Shown here: positions 1 through 8,666 of the stretch, one piece after another
How the letters are laid out: each line of letters begins with the position of its first letter
Position numbering within the stretch: position 1 is the first letter of the stretch
From: a virus
Lineage: Duplodnaviria; Caudoviricetes
Length of the DNA: 64,000 bases
IMG/VR virus record: IMGVR_UViG_3300025936_000020
Span: 1-64,000 of that record
Reading direction: 5' to 3' (one strand)
Program-made: the position numbers and the translations under genes
The notes under the pieces: model-generated
The model's database searches: none
What the model saw: only the letters and a program-made list of their open reading frames with translations
Told to the model about the DNA's origin: nothing

Positions 1-67
1 TATCATTCAACTTGAGCAGGTCAACGGTCAGGCCATGCTTCTCCAAAATATTGATGTCCACAGCCAT
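1..67 (-). CDS. 5' end of a late gene running off the window (MAVDINILEKHGLTVDLLKLND...); could be the portal by gene order
   Basis: ATG at 67-65, 2 nt after the stop of the upstream ORF; open to the window edge. Identity is inferred from position only. Confidence 0.5.
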   Translation of the reverse strand, partial: MAVDINILEKHGLTVDLLKLND

Positions 68-69
68 GA

Positions 70-374
70 TCAGATTTTGCTCTGCTGATCCCAGTCAGGC
101 CGCCCTTTGAGAAGCATCTGATAGCGCCGCCGATCGCGCTGCAGTTCCAGCTCTTTTTGGGAAACTCGTGTGTACACTTTCAAAACAATCTTGAGCTGCT
201 TCTCCACCCCGTCGCAATCGACGACTGCCGGGATGGTTTGGTCCAGATCGCAGAGGCTGTACACCGACGCGTTGGCGATGCTCTTTAGCCTCAGACCTTT
301 TCCGGCGATGAACAGGTGAAAGCAGCCCCTCTGCTTATCCAGCTTGAAAAAAAAACTGGCCCGGGAGATCGCAT
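70..374 (-). CDS. hypothetical protein with apparent -1 frameshift in a 9-nt homopolymer (347-355)
   Basis: ATG at 374 abuts the TAA of the previous gene. One extra T in the T9 run joins MRSPGPVFF to FKLDKQRGCFHLFIAGKG...QQSKI. Confidence 0.55.
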
Positions 375-704
375 TTACGCGTAGGTCATCGCCGGGGTTT
401 TTGAGGATCTGGCTGGAGCCGGAGCCGCTTCCTCCGCTGGTGCTTCCTCATACTCGGACTCGACGTTGTCCAGGCTGAACGTGGTTGACTGCGGCGTGAC
501 GGCGGTGGCTGTGACCTCCAGGGTGTACTTGTCGCCGACCTTGCATTCGTGCCCGAGCATGTCCTTGAACGCGCGGTGCGCATCGCCGGTAAGTTCAAAG
601 CCTCCAGCTCCTCCGGCAGCTTGTTCATCCAATCCTTCGTCCAGCGCGGGAGCTGCCTCTTCAGAAAGTCTGAGCGCGGCGGGCGGTTTATTACCATTTG
701 GCAT
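375..704 (-). CDS. acidic hypothetical protein
   Basis: ORF 375..791; MPNGNKP start at 704 avoids overlap with the endonuclease gene; E/A-rich. Confidence 0.65.
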   Translation of the reverse strand: MPNGNKPPAALRLSEEAAPALDEGLDEQAAGGAGGFELTGDAHRAFKDMLGHECKVGDKYTLEVTATAVTPQSTTFSLDNVESEYEEAPAEEAAPAPARSSKTPAMTYA

Positions 705-736
705 ATTCGCGAACGTCCTCCGATTGTGGACGGGCG

Positions 737-1732
737 TCAAGCGTATTGATTTTTTCGCTTTGCCGCAGTGAACGCTTGATCTGGAGGCCAATTCCCCTTA
801 AGGCGCGATGCCACTGTTGATTTATTGACGTTGAATTTTTTGCAGAGGTCGTCAATGAAACCAGTGATTCCAAGCACGGTGTAAATCCGCTTCCTTTTCT
901 TCGCCTGTGCCGCACGCATATTTGCGAGAGATTCGGCAGAGTGCCGTTTCCCGCGATATCTGCCTTTGGTTGCCGCGCTTATTTTCATCCTGGTTTCCAT
1001 CGACGCTGTTCTTCCGAGCTGCGCCAATCCCATATTCCTTCGCGCTTCCTCAGACATCTTTTTGCCGAGCCAATATCGACTGGGGTTTTTAAGATGCGCT
1101 GCACTTATTTTCGCCCTTGCCTCCAGTGACAGACCGCTGAATGTTCCGCCGCCTCCAAGATAGCCGTTAATGCCCTTGGGAGCTGCAAAAGCCTGCTCAA
1201 CGGACCATCCAAGCTGGGTTATCCGTTGCTTGATCCGGTGCCTCTCCTGCTGGCTCTTTTTGAAATATTCGCACAGCTCGGTCAAAGATCCGACCGCTCC
1301 ATTGACGGTGAAGATCTGTGCTTCCAGTTTCCGCCTTCGCCGCTGCGAGGCCACCAGTTTTATGCGATGCTCAGGGCTCAATCGCTTGCCTCTCTCCACC
1401 CCGTCTCCTCCAGGAGTAGTATTTACCAGAGAACAGCCAATTTCTTTGTGGTACAGGATGTAGGCTGCTTCCGCGGCCTCCCATTCCAACACGGAAACCT
1501 CGTCGATGATTTCCATCTCCGGCTTCAGACCTTGTTTTAGAAGTGATCTAATCCAGTTTGCTTTGCGATTATTCTCCTTGTTGCATTTGCTGTCACAGAC
1601 GTGGTCCCTCAGCCTCTCACGCGGGTAATCGCTTTTCCCGATGTAGCGAATCTCTCTCGTTATCGGATCAAGCAGCGCGTAGATAAAAGTTGTCGCGTTC
1701 GGGCTGAGGGGAGTAGGTTTTGGCCTAGGCAT
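737..1732 (-). CDS. GIY-YIG homing endonuclease with NUMOD3-like repeats
   Basis: FIYALLDP...RYIGKSDYPRERLRDH motif; repeats GKRLSPEHRIKL, GKKMSEEARRNM, GKRHSAESLANM. Confidence 0.9.
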   Translation of the reverse strand: MPRPKPTPLSPNATTFIYALLDPITREIRYIGKSDYPRERLRDHVCDSKCNKENNRKANWIRSLLKQGLKPEMEIIDEVSVLEWEAAEAAYILYHKEIGCSLVNTTPGGDGVERGKRLSPEHRIKLVASQRRRRKLEAQIFTVNGAVGSLTELCEYFKKSQQERHRIKQRITQLGWSVEQAFAAPKGINGYLGGGGTFSGLSLEARAKISAAHLKNPSRYWLGKKMSEEARRNMGLAQLGRTASMETRMKISAATKGRYRGKRHSAESLANMRAAQAKKRKRIYTVLGITGFIDDLCKKFNVNKSTVASRLKGNWPPDQAFTAAKRKNQYA

Positions 1733-1829
1733 AGCACTGGTCGTTCATTGTTATGTTCAGCGGCGGCGTTCGGCGTAACGGTCGAGCGTCGCTGCGATTC
1801 TCTCAATTCACAAAACAGAGGCAAGAAAA

Positions 1830-3334
1830 ATGGCAATCGACGCTGATGGACGATGGGCGCCGGACCTCGCTCCGAAACAGTGCGAGGTCTTCAACACCTA
1901 CAAGAAATACGTGCTCGTTAACGGCCCCGTCCGGTCGGGAAAACAATAGCGTGTCTGCATCGCCTACTCAGACACGCGTTTGAAACTCCACAGGCGCGAA
2001 TCACCATTTTCGCCAAGACTGTGAAATCCGCCTTCGCTGGCGGCGTGTGGTCGGATCTGGTCGAGATTGTTCTCCCGATTTGGCTCAAAGCCAATATGGG
2101 AATGCGGATTGCCAGCGGGCCACGTGTGGACGGCAGCACGAGGCTGCATCTCGTGAAGGTCAGCAACATGTACGGGGGCGAGTCGGAAATTCAGCTTCGA
2201 TCGCTTGACTATGATTTCGACATTACCGCAATCATCAAGTCCGCCCGCATCTCGATGTGCTACTTCAGCGAACTTTCAAATTTTCAAAACCGAATTGTCT
2301 TCACTGACACAGCCGAGCGCCTCCGAATGCCTCATCTCTCTGAGAGCGCGCACCAATGGATTTCGGACTGCAACCCTGCGGACGACGGGACTTCTTCTTG
2401 GATTTATAAACTCTTTTACGAAGAGCGAGTTTCCGAGAACCACCCCTATCCCGATGTGCAGGCGAAATTTCAGACGATCGAGTTCACGCTGGATTCAAAC
2501 CCTTGGCTGACCGAATCCGAGCGCAACGAAATCTTCGCCCGATACGCCCACGACTCCGACAGGCGCGACCGGTACTGCTTCGGCAAATGGACGACGAGCA
2601 CCGAAGCCGGCCTATTCAGCGAGGTGTTCCTGGCCGACACGCACGTCCTGGGAAACACGGGCACCTACGACGAGGATGACTGGGAAGTCATCCTCCCGAG
2701 CGAGACCTGCTCGAAAATGGTTACCGGTTGGGACATCGGCACGTCGAAGAATCACTCGGCGCACATTCTGGAGCGCATCGGCACAGACGGATGGCAGGGC
2801 AGCATCTTTCACGTCCTCGATGAAATTGTATCGGTGGGGACCATGCTGACCGTCGAGGATTTCACAACTCTGGTGGACGAGCGGATTGAATTTTGGGCGA
2901 AGTACATCCGGGAACACTGCCACACGCAGCCGGTGGAATGGCGGCACTGGTCGGACACGTCGGCGTTCGACACGTTCCGGGCCTCGCTGGGATGCTACGA
3001 CCACATGATCGTGGCGGTGGCTTCCGAAGGCCGGATCATGTTGCAAGCGTGCCCTAAGGGGAAAGGCTCGATCTTCAAGCGCGTGGACCTGCTCAGAAAA
3101 CTCCTATTCCAGAACCGTATCTACGTCTCGGCGCGCTGCGTCCAGACCGTGAAGATGCTGGGAAGCTTGAAGAAAGGGAAGACGAAGATGGAACCGGTGC
3201 AGAGTAACGAGATGACCCACGTCTTCGACTCGCTCACCTATGCCCTGGCGCCCGAGCTGATCAACGAGCTGGCCGACTCATGGAACCCGAACGTGGGATC
3301 GGCGACAAGCCGGATGGTGTCGGTGAAGTTGTAG
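1830..3334 (+). CDS. terL: terminase large subunit, -1 frameshift within Walker A
   Basis: ATG 1830 reads LAPKQCEVF...VLVNGPVRSGK then TAG at 1947. The -1 frame continues TIACLHRLL... into the 437-aa ORF with Walker B-like CYFSE, DCNP coupling motif, and nuclease motifs GWDIG and HVFDSLTY. Confidence 0.88.
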
Positions 3335-3354
3335 GGATGTGGTAAGGTTGGTGG

Positions 3355-3573
3355 GTGAAGCTCCCATCCGGATATACGGCCAGACCCGACGGCACGTTCG
3401 CCAAGACGATCACCATTGAATGGGGCATCACGCGCAAGTGTCAGTCGACCGAAACCCTGGTTCGATCGGCGACCGGCAAACTGCTTTCCGTCGAGGGCCG
3501 AGCCAGGCGGAAGCGCACCGCTATGCCGAAGGAACGGCTCCCGTACAAGAAAAGGCCCGCCAAGACTTCCTGA
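3355..3573 (+). CDS. small basic hypothetical protein
   Basis: 72-aa ORF with GTG start directly after terL. Confidence 0.5.
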   Translation: MKLPSGYTARPDGTFAKTITIEWGITRKCQSTETLVRSATGKLLSVEGRARRKRTAMPKERLPYKKRPAKTS

Positions 3574-3602
3574 CGGGCTCTGTGGGGCTGAGGTGGTTGG
3601 GA

Positions 3603-3893
3603 TTAAGGAGTTGGCGCTTCCTCAGTCGCCGCGTCCAGCGAAGCCAATGCTTCTCGCACGCCGTTCATGCGGGCACCGAGCGCGTTGACCGCCGCTTCGG
3701 ATTTGTCCAACAGCGCCTGATCCTCGGGCGTCACCGTGCCCGCGCTGTCCTGTAGCTGTTTGATGAGCGCCTTCAACCTGTCCACGTCGCCGGCCACCCC
3801 GCCGACACTCGTGACGATTGAGTCCACTGTCTGACCGATGGCGGTAAAGGCTTCGTCAACCTTCGCCGCGTATGTTTCAATTGCTGTAGCCAT
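3603..3893 (-). CDS. coiled-coil hypothetical protein
   Basis: MATAIETYAAKVDEAF..., helical Ala-rich 96 aa. Confidence 0.7.
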   Translation of the reverse strand: MATAIETYAAKVDEAFTAIGQTVDSIVTSVGGVAGDVDRLKALIKQLQDSAGTVTPEDQALLDKSEAAVNALGARMNGVREALASLDAATEEAPTP

Positions 3894-3916
3894 GCACTTC
3901 ACTTTCGTTTTGCTGT

Positions 3917-4141
3917 TTATGTTGCGTCGTCCAGGGCCTTGAGCGCCTTCGCAATCTTGCACAGGCGCGACCCTAGCGCGTTGAGCTTGCCCAAGAAGTC
4001 GGGTTTCCCTTGTAGCGCCGCCATCAACTCGATGTGCCGCGCAGCGTTCTCACGCTCAGTATGCAACAGGGCATCCTGAACGCCCTCAACGAGACGCTCA
4101 AGCCGACTGCCGTGTTCTTCGTGTTCGTGATCCTTCGCCAT
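3917..4141 (-). CDS. hypothetical helical protein
   Basis: 74-aa ORF with an upstream sigma70-like promoter. Confidence 0.7.
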   Translation of the reverse strand: MAKDHEHEEHGSRLERLVEGVQDALLHTERENAARHIELMAALQGKPDFLGKLNALGSRLCKIAKALKALDDAT

Positions 4142-4176
4142 CCAAGAAGCCTACGCGATGGCGTGCGGTGCGACAA
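4142..4176 (-). promoter_or_regulatory. sigma70-like leaderless promoter
   Basis: TTGTCG-17-TAGGCT-6 nt-ATG(4141) on the minus strand. Confidence 0.6.
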
Positions 4177-4244
4177 GGTAGGTTAATCCCCCTGCGAACC
4201 CCTAGCCGGTTGGCACGTTGCGGACAGGCGGGTTACGCCGTCAA

Positions 4245-4640
4245 TCATCGCCAAGGACCAATCTGCTGCGACTCAACTTTGCCGCAGATAATGCAGTGAC
4301 GCATTGGCTCGTAATGGATCACGAGGCACCCCGACACGCCGCAGCCGACCTCCCATGCGTGCCCTCGTAAGTCGCACAACAAACGGCTCGCGACAAGTGC
4401 AACGACGAGGTTTGACTTCGCTTCGTCGGTGAACGGCACCTTGAGACCGTTGATATTGGCGAACAGCGTTGAACCTTCAATGGCGATGTTGGTAATGATG
4501 GGGCGGTCGAAGTAGTTCGTGATGAAAAATGCTCCGTTCGTCGCATTGATCGTTAATCTCGTGGAGTCTGCACGCGGTATGAACAGCGTCATCGCCCATG
4601 CAAACAGAACCAAGCAGACGATGGCGATGCTCTTGCTCAC
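4245..4640 (-). CDS. exported or membrane-anchored protein with Cys/His-rich C-terminus
   Basis: Hydrophobic N-terminus; C-terminal CDLRGH...C...C..IH...HCIIC. Confidence 0.65.
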   Translation of the reverse strand: MSKSIAIVCLVLFAWAMTLFIPRADSTRLTINATNGAFFITNYFDRPIITNIAIEGSTLFANINGLKVPFTDEAKSNLVVALVASRLLCDLRGHAWEVGCGVSGCLVIHYEPMRHCIICGKVESQQIGPWR

Positions 4641-4972
4641 TTGGCGCTCGCCGCCGCAATCGCCGCGATGAGTTGCAGAATCTGCACGAGGTTCGTCGAG
4701 GATGAGCTTTCTGATAGGCCGGCGAGACTCATACCTTGCGTCTTGTCCGTCGTCGTGGCCCGCAGCTTGGTTAGGTCGCTTTTCGCGTCAAACAGCGTGG
4801 ATACGTGAATGTGTGTCTCGCGCTTCGTGCCGTCCAACTGCGTCTCGGTCTGCTGCGATGAGAAGCTGGCGCAACCCGTATGTATCACCACAGGCACGAT
4901 GCAGAACAGCGCCACCAGCGCGAACATGGCCAGCGGCGGGACTTTGGCGAACGGGTCGGGGTAGCGGTTCAT
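4637..4972 (-). CDS. putative lipoprotein (possible spanin-like component)
   Basis: Hydrophobic segment then HTGC lipobox-like Cys; lies in the lysis neighbourhood. Confidence 0.6.
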   Translation of the reverse strand: MNRYPDPFAKVPPLAMFALVALFCIVPVVIHTGCASFSSQQTETQLDGTKRETHIHVSTLFDAKSDLTKLRATTTDKTQGMSLAGLSESSSSTNLVQILQLIAAIAAASAK

Positions 4973-5007
4973 GCGGCAGGTTTACGCGCCTCGCGCGGCG
5001 CTGTCAA
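4973..5007 (-). promoter_or_regulatory. sigma70-like leaderless promoter
   Basis: TTGACA-17-TAAACC-6 nt-ATG(4972). Confidence 0.55.
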
Positions 5008-5184
5008 CGCCCAACGCGGGCTTCACCAAGGCCAACCAATCCTTGTAGCGCAACGGCGGTTCCATCTCCTACAGGCGCATGATCGGCATGGCGTTGACGC
5101 AGCACCGCGGGAACGCCGGGTCCATTGTCGGGCGTGCGGCTAGGTGCGGAAACTTGGCGATCCACCGCGTGACGCTGGGCGAGG

Positions 5185-5709
5185 TCATGGCTTATTTCGC
5201 AGCAGCTCAATGAGCGCCACCAGAATCGCCGTGAGCACGCCGATGGTCGCGATGACTTGCCCGAGACCCCACTGCACTGTCTGCCGTGTCTCCTGCTGCT
5301 GGTCGCGCCGTCCGGTGCCTGCCGCGCTGCCCTCCTGCAATCGTCCGATGTCCGCTTTCACTGTCTCCAGCTTGGCGTCGAAGCGCTTTTCATATTCCTC
5401 CAAGCGTTCGCGGTCAACGAACCGCGCGGCCTGCGCCTCCATCTTGCGCGTCAAATCGTTGTGCTGCGCGTTGTAGGCTTTCTGGCCTTCTTCGGTCTTG
5501 AGCACCGATTCCTTGTTCGCGGCAAACGCGGCGTTGGTCTGCTTCTCTACGGCGACCAATGCCGTCGCCGTCGCCTCCTTCATCTCAGCCAGCCGCGCGT
5601 CGTAATGCTTCTCCAGGTTGAGCAGCCATCGCTCGAAGTGCGCGTGCAGGCTATCGACGTTCCAGCGTGTTTTACAGTCGTCCGGTCGGATGCTGTGCCC
5701 TTTTTCCAT
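5185..5709 (-). CDS. coiled-coil protein with C-terminal transmembrane helix (holin/spanin-associated type)
   Basis: Long heptad-rich helix followed by WGLGQVIATIGVLTAILVALIELL. Confidence 0.7.
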   Translation of the reverse strand: MEKGHSIRPDDCKTRWNVDSLHAHFERWLLNLEKHYDARLAEMKEATATALVAVEKQTNAAFAANKESVLKTEEGQKAYNAQHNDLTRKMEAQAARFVDRERLEEYEKRFDAKLETVKADIGRLQEGSAAGTGRRDQQQETRQTVQWGLGQVIATIGVLTAILVALIELLRNKP

Positions 5710-5743
5710 GCGGAAATTTCGCCCATGCCGCCCTGTTTGTCAG
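5710..5743 (-). promoter_or_regulatory. sigma70-like leaderless promoter
   Basis: CTGACA-17-GAAATT-5 nt-ATG(5709). Confidence 0.45.
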
Positions 5744-5750
5744 CCGAAAA

Positions 5751-6671
5751 TTACGGTGCCGCGTATTCGGCAACGTTGCTGTAGGGCCCAGTGCCCAAGC
5801 TGTTGCGCTGCCTTACGCGGTAGGCGTAATTCCGCCTTCTGCGGATGCTGTCGCTCACATTCTGTATCCCCGGCGCGACCGTGGCCACGCGCTTGAAGCT
5901 GGTGTTTTCCTCGTTGCGCTCCACCTCGGTCGAAGCCGTCATCGTGCCCACCCATCGCAGGTCGAGCCGTGTTTGAGTCGCGGGCGTGATCCGCAGATCA
6001 GTTGGCGCAGGCGGCACGCTCGGCGCAGGCGCAAGACTGACAGTGAAATAGCTGTAGGGTGATGCCGTCCACACGCCCGCGCTGCTCTTGACGACCATAT
6101 ACGCCGTGTAGATGCCCGTCGCCACGCCCGTCGAGGCCGTCCATGTCCCGGAGATGGCCGCGCTGCTCTTGGCCGCAACCACCAGCGGCGGCGTCACGAC
6201 GACGACGTGGATATACGGCCCGTCGTCGCGTGTCGCACCGGGCGGCAACAGCGTCAGCGCGCCATCGACAGCGATGAAGTCGCTGTCACCCGTGTTCTGT
6301 ATCAGCGCCGTGATGTTGACGCTCTGCCCAATCGCCACGTTCGTCGTCGAGAGGCCCGGCGCGACCATCGTTATCACCGGACCGCTCGGTGGCACCGGCC
6401 CCGGCTGGTTCGTCACCGTGTTCGATGGACCGCTCTCGCCAACGGTATTCACCGCCGTCACGTAGAAGCGCGTCACCAGCGTGGCATTCACCGGCACCGA
6501 CGCGGTGTTCCCGGTGAGGTTCAGGATGGGCGCAAACGGTGCCGTGCCCACCGACGAGTAAACGGTGTAACTGGCCGCGCCTGCGCTTGTATTCCAGACG
6601 AGGTTGGTGTTTGCCGCGCTCGCAGCCAGCGCCCACAGCGCCAGCGCCAATGTAAGAAGTGTTTTTTTCAT
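5751..6671 (-). CDS. secreted fibronectin type III / Ig-like domain protein
   Basis: Signal peptide MKKTLLTLALALWALAASA. FN3-like segments LVWNTSAGAASYTVY...YVTAVNTVGESGPSN and PPAPTDL...LDLRW...YAYRVRQRNSLGTGPYSN flank an Ig-like domain. Confidence 0.8.
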   Translation of the reverse strand: MKKTLLTLALALWALAASAANTNLVWNTSAGAASYTVYSSVGTAPFAPILNLTGNTASVPVNATLVTRFYVTAVNTVGESGPSNTVTNQPGPVPPSGPVITMVAPGLSTTNVAIGQSVNITALIQNTGDSDFIAVDGALTLLPPGATRDDGPYIHVVVVTPPLVVAAKSSAAISGTWTASTGVATGIYTAYMVVKSSAGVWTASPYSYFTVSLAPAPSVPPAPTDLRITPATQTRLDLRWVGTMTASTEVERNEENTSFKRVATVAPGIQNVSDSIRRRRNYAYRVRQRNSLGTGPYSNVAEYAAP

Positions 6672-7031
6672 GCCGTTTGCTTTCGTGTGCCCGTTGCCGT
6701 TCGCCTCATGGCTGCACCAGCAACCAAGCCCATTGTTGCCGTTCGGGTCAAAGTAAGGCTGCACCGTCTTGCGCCCGTTGATGAACGCGGGCGGTGCTTG
6801 GTCGCGCTCACCGCCTCGCTCCAAGTTAAACTTGCTGCACTGCGACCGCCTGTTGGTGACGCCAAGTTGCACAAAGCGCCCGTTGCGAAGCGCCTTCTCC
6901 AGCGGCACAGCCGTGCAGCATGCCTCCGTGCCCGCCTCGGTGAAGAACCGCACCTTGTTGTTCGGCGCGATGATGGCGATGTAGAGCACGAGTTCGTCAT
7001 TCGGGTAGTAGAAGTAAACCGCGTGACGCAC
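6672..7031 (-). CDS. Cys-containing hypothetical ORF, in frame with and unstopped before the FN3 gene
   Basis: GTG 7031 follows the holin stop; 120 protein-like codons run into the signal peptide at 6671. Confidence 0.45.
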
Positions 7032-7034
7032 GCT

Positions 7035-7217
7035 TTACGGCTTCGACATTGAAGTGTTCGCAGCGTGGTGCCAATAGCTCCACCCAATGCCCACCGCCGC
7101 CGCCACCCCAGCGATGACGATTTCCAGCGTCGAATTGTCGGTGTAACCCTTGGCGACTAGCGCGCCGCCGATGACCTTGAGGACGCTGCGAATGGCTGAA
7201 TTGACTTGTTCGCTCAT
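7035..7217 (-). CDS. putative small two-TM holin
   Basis: MSEQVNSAIRSVLKVIGGALVAKG...IVIAGVAAAVGIGWSYW; 60 aa, two hydrophobic helices. Confidence 0.7.
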   Translation of the reverse strand: MSEQVNSAIRSVLKVIGGALVAKGYTDNSTLEIVIAGVAAAVGIGWSYWHHAANTSMSKP

Positions 7218-7252
7218 CCCGCAAGTGTCCGCCCCGCCTGCGCTGCCGTCAA
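7218..7252 (-). promoter_or_regulatory. sigma70-like leaderless promoter
   Basis: TTGACG-17-GACACT-6 nt-ATG(7217). Confidence 0.55.
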
Positions 7253-7261
7253 CCGCTGGTT

Positions 7262-7384
7262 TTAGCGGACCAACAGGACATGGCGTCGGCAACGCACGCA
7301 AAAGCGCATCCCGTCCGGTCGCTCCACAAAGCGATGGCCGATGAACCAGCAGAGCATCGAGCGCAGGTAATCGAGGAAGGTCAT
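7262..7384 (-). CDS. small Zn-binding protein (C-x3-GH...CxRC)
   Basis: Manual translation MTFLDYLRSMLCWFIGHRFVERPDGMRFCVRCRRHVLLVR; ATGA overlap with the upstream stop. Confidence 0.6.
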   Translation of the reverse strand: MTFLDYLRSMLCWFIGHRFVERPDGMRFCVRCRRHVLLVR

Positions 7385-8070
7385 TGCGTCCGCCATTCAA
7401 GCAACGTGAACGTTGGCACCGCGACACCCGGTTGCAGCGTGACGTTGACGCCGTGCCCGAAGCAACACCCGCCGCCGAACGTAATGCCCACCCACTTCGG
7501 ATTGTTCATCGTCTGCACCCAGTAAGGGTAGTAAATCGGGTCGGTCGCTGGCTGGCCGTCTGTCTCGCTCCAATTCTCCGGCGTAAGCGGAACGTGCAGT
7601 TCTACCGCTCCGCCCGTGTTAACTAGCGTGAACTTCACCGGGTTGCTCCACCAACGCAACTGCGGCGGAACACAAATGCCGAATAACTCCTTGCAATTGT
7701 TCGCGTCGCTGGTCTGAACGTAAACGTGGAAGTTCGCCGGTGGCGGGTTGGTGTTCCATGAATCGCTTGCGTGATTCCAGATTACGCTTGGGTCCGCGGT
7801 GATGGCAAACGTGACGACGATCTCCGAGCCTGTGAGCGCGATGTTTTTGACCGGCGACACGAAGTAGCCGTCCCACGTCGGTCCAGCGTTCGGGTCAGGC
7901 TGCGCCGAAACTTCAAAGTTGAACCCGATGCCGCCACCAGCGACGGCGTGGATGGGCAGACGCCCCACTGCCCGATTCCAGAGTTGCCACTTGTTTGCCG
8001 TGATCGGGACGCTCACCTGAGCTTTCGCCGCAACCGTGAAGAGCACGAGAAGCAAGATTAGGTTTTTCAT
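7381..8070 (-). CDS. secreted beta-rich protein, possibly carbohydrate-binding
   Basis: Signal peptide MKNLILLLVLFTVAAKA; Trp/Tyr-rich with paired Cys. Confidence 0.75.
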   Translation of the reverse strand: MKNLILLLVLFTVAAKAQVSVPITANKWQLWNRAVGRLPIHAVAGGGIGFNFEVSAQPDPNAGPTWDGYFVSPVKNIALTGSEIVVTFAITADPSVIWNHASDSWNTNPPPANFHVYVQTSDANNCKELFGICVPPQLRWWSNPVKFTLVNTGGAVELHVPLTPENWSETDGQPATDPIYYPYWVQTMNNPKWVGITFGGGCCFGHGVNVTLQPGVAVPTFTLLEWRTQ

Positions 8071-8109
8071 GCTGACAGGGTGTGCTCCGACTCCGTGGTC
8101 GTCAAATGC

Positions 8110-8523
8110 TCAAAACGGACCAGCCGTTACGATGAACAGGATGGCGTTGGTGCGCTGCGCTTGCGTGAAGCCGCCCCATAGGTCACCGATCTTGGGCGGG
8201 ATCGCGAGATTAGTCTGCCCCTGAGTCAGTGCAAACGCCGCTGCTGCGTCCAGCCCGCCGCGCCGGTTCCATTCCGCGCTCTTGTCGCCAAGCTCCTGCG
8301 ACACGTAAGCGTTGAACGTCAGCGCCGACAACCCTGCGTTGGTCCTCGTCCGCGAGTTGTCGTTCCATTGTGCGAGCAAGCCCGACACGTAAATCGCGGG
8401 CACGTTGATCGTGTTTGTGGCTTGCAGCGACCCGTCGTTGGTCGTGACACGGACGCTGACACTCTGCGCTTGAACGGTCGCAGCCGCAAGCAACAGAGCC
8501 GATAGAAGAAGGATTCGTTTCAT
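8110..8523 (-). CDS. secreted hypothetical protein
   Basis: Signal peptide MKRILLLSALLLAAATVQA. Confidence 0.75.
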   Translation of the reverse strand: MKRILLLSALLLAAATVQAQSVSVRVTTNDGSLQATNTINVPAIYVSGLLAQWNDNSRTRTNAGLSALTFNAYVSQELGDKSAEWNRRGGLDAAAAFALTQGQTNLAIPPKIGDLWGGFTQAQRTNAILFIVTAGPF

Positions 8524-8528
8524 AAGGT

Positions 8529-8666
8529 TTATGTTGCCATGTTTCCCAAGCCCAACCACTCAGCAAATTTCATCGCGGCGGCAACCACAATCGTAATCAT
8601 TGCCACAACGATCACTATGCCGATGGCTGCGTCTGCCCAATTCCAGTCAGGTTGCTCGTCGTTCAC
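8529..8666 (-). CDS. small single-TM protein
   Basis: GTG overlaps the upstream TGA; ...WADAAIGIVIVVAMITIVVAAAMKFAEWLG... Confidence 0.55.
   Translation of the reverse strand: MNDEQPDWNWADAAIGIVIVVAMITIVVAAAMKFAEWLGLGNMAT

Noticed and set aside
4979-5188. In-frame TAG at 5069 between two short ORFs, suggesting TAG recoding (code 15)
   Set aside because: Many clear genes (terL, 21680, 26448) end at TAG and long ORFs are intact under code 11. The downstream segment also overlaps a promoter.
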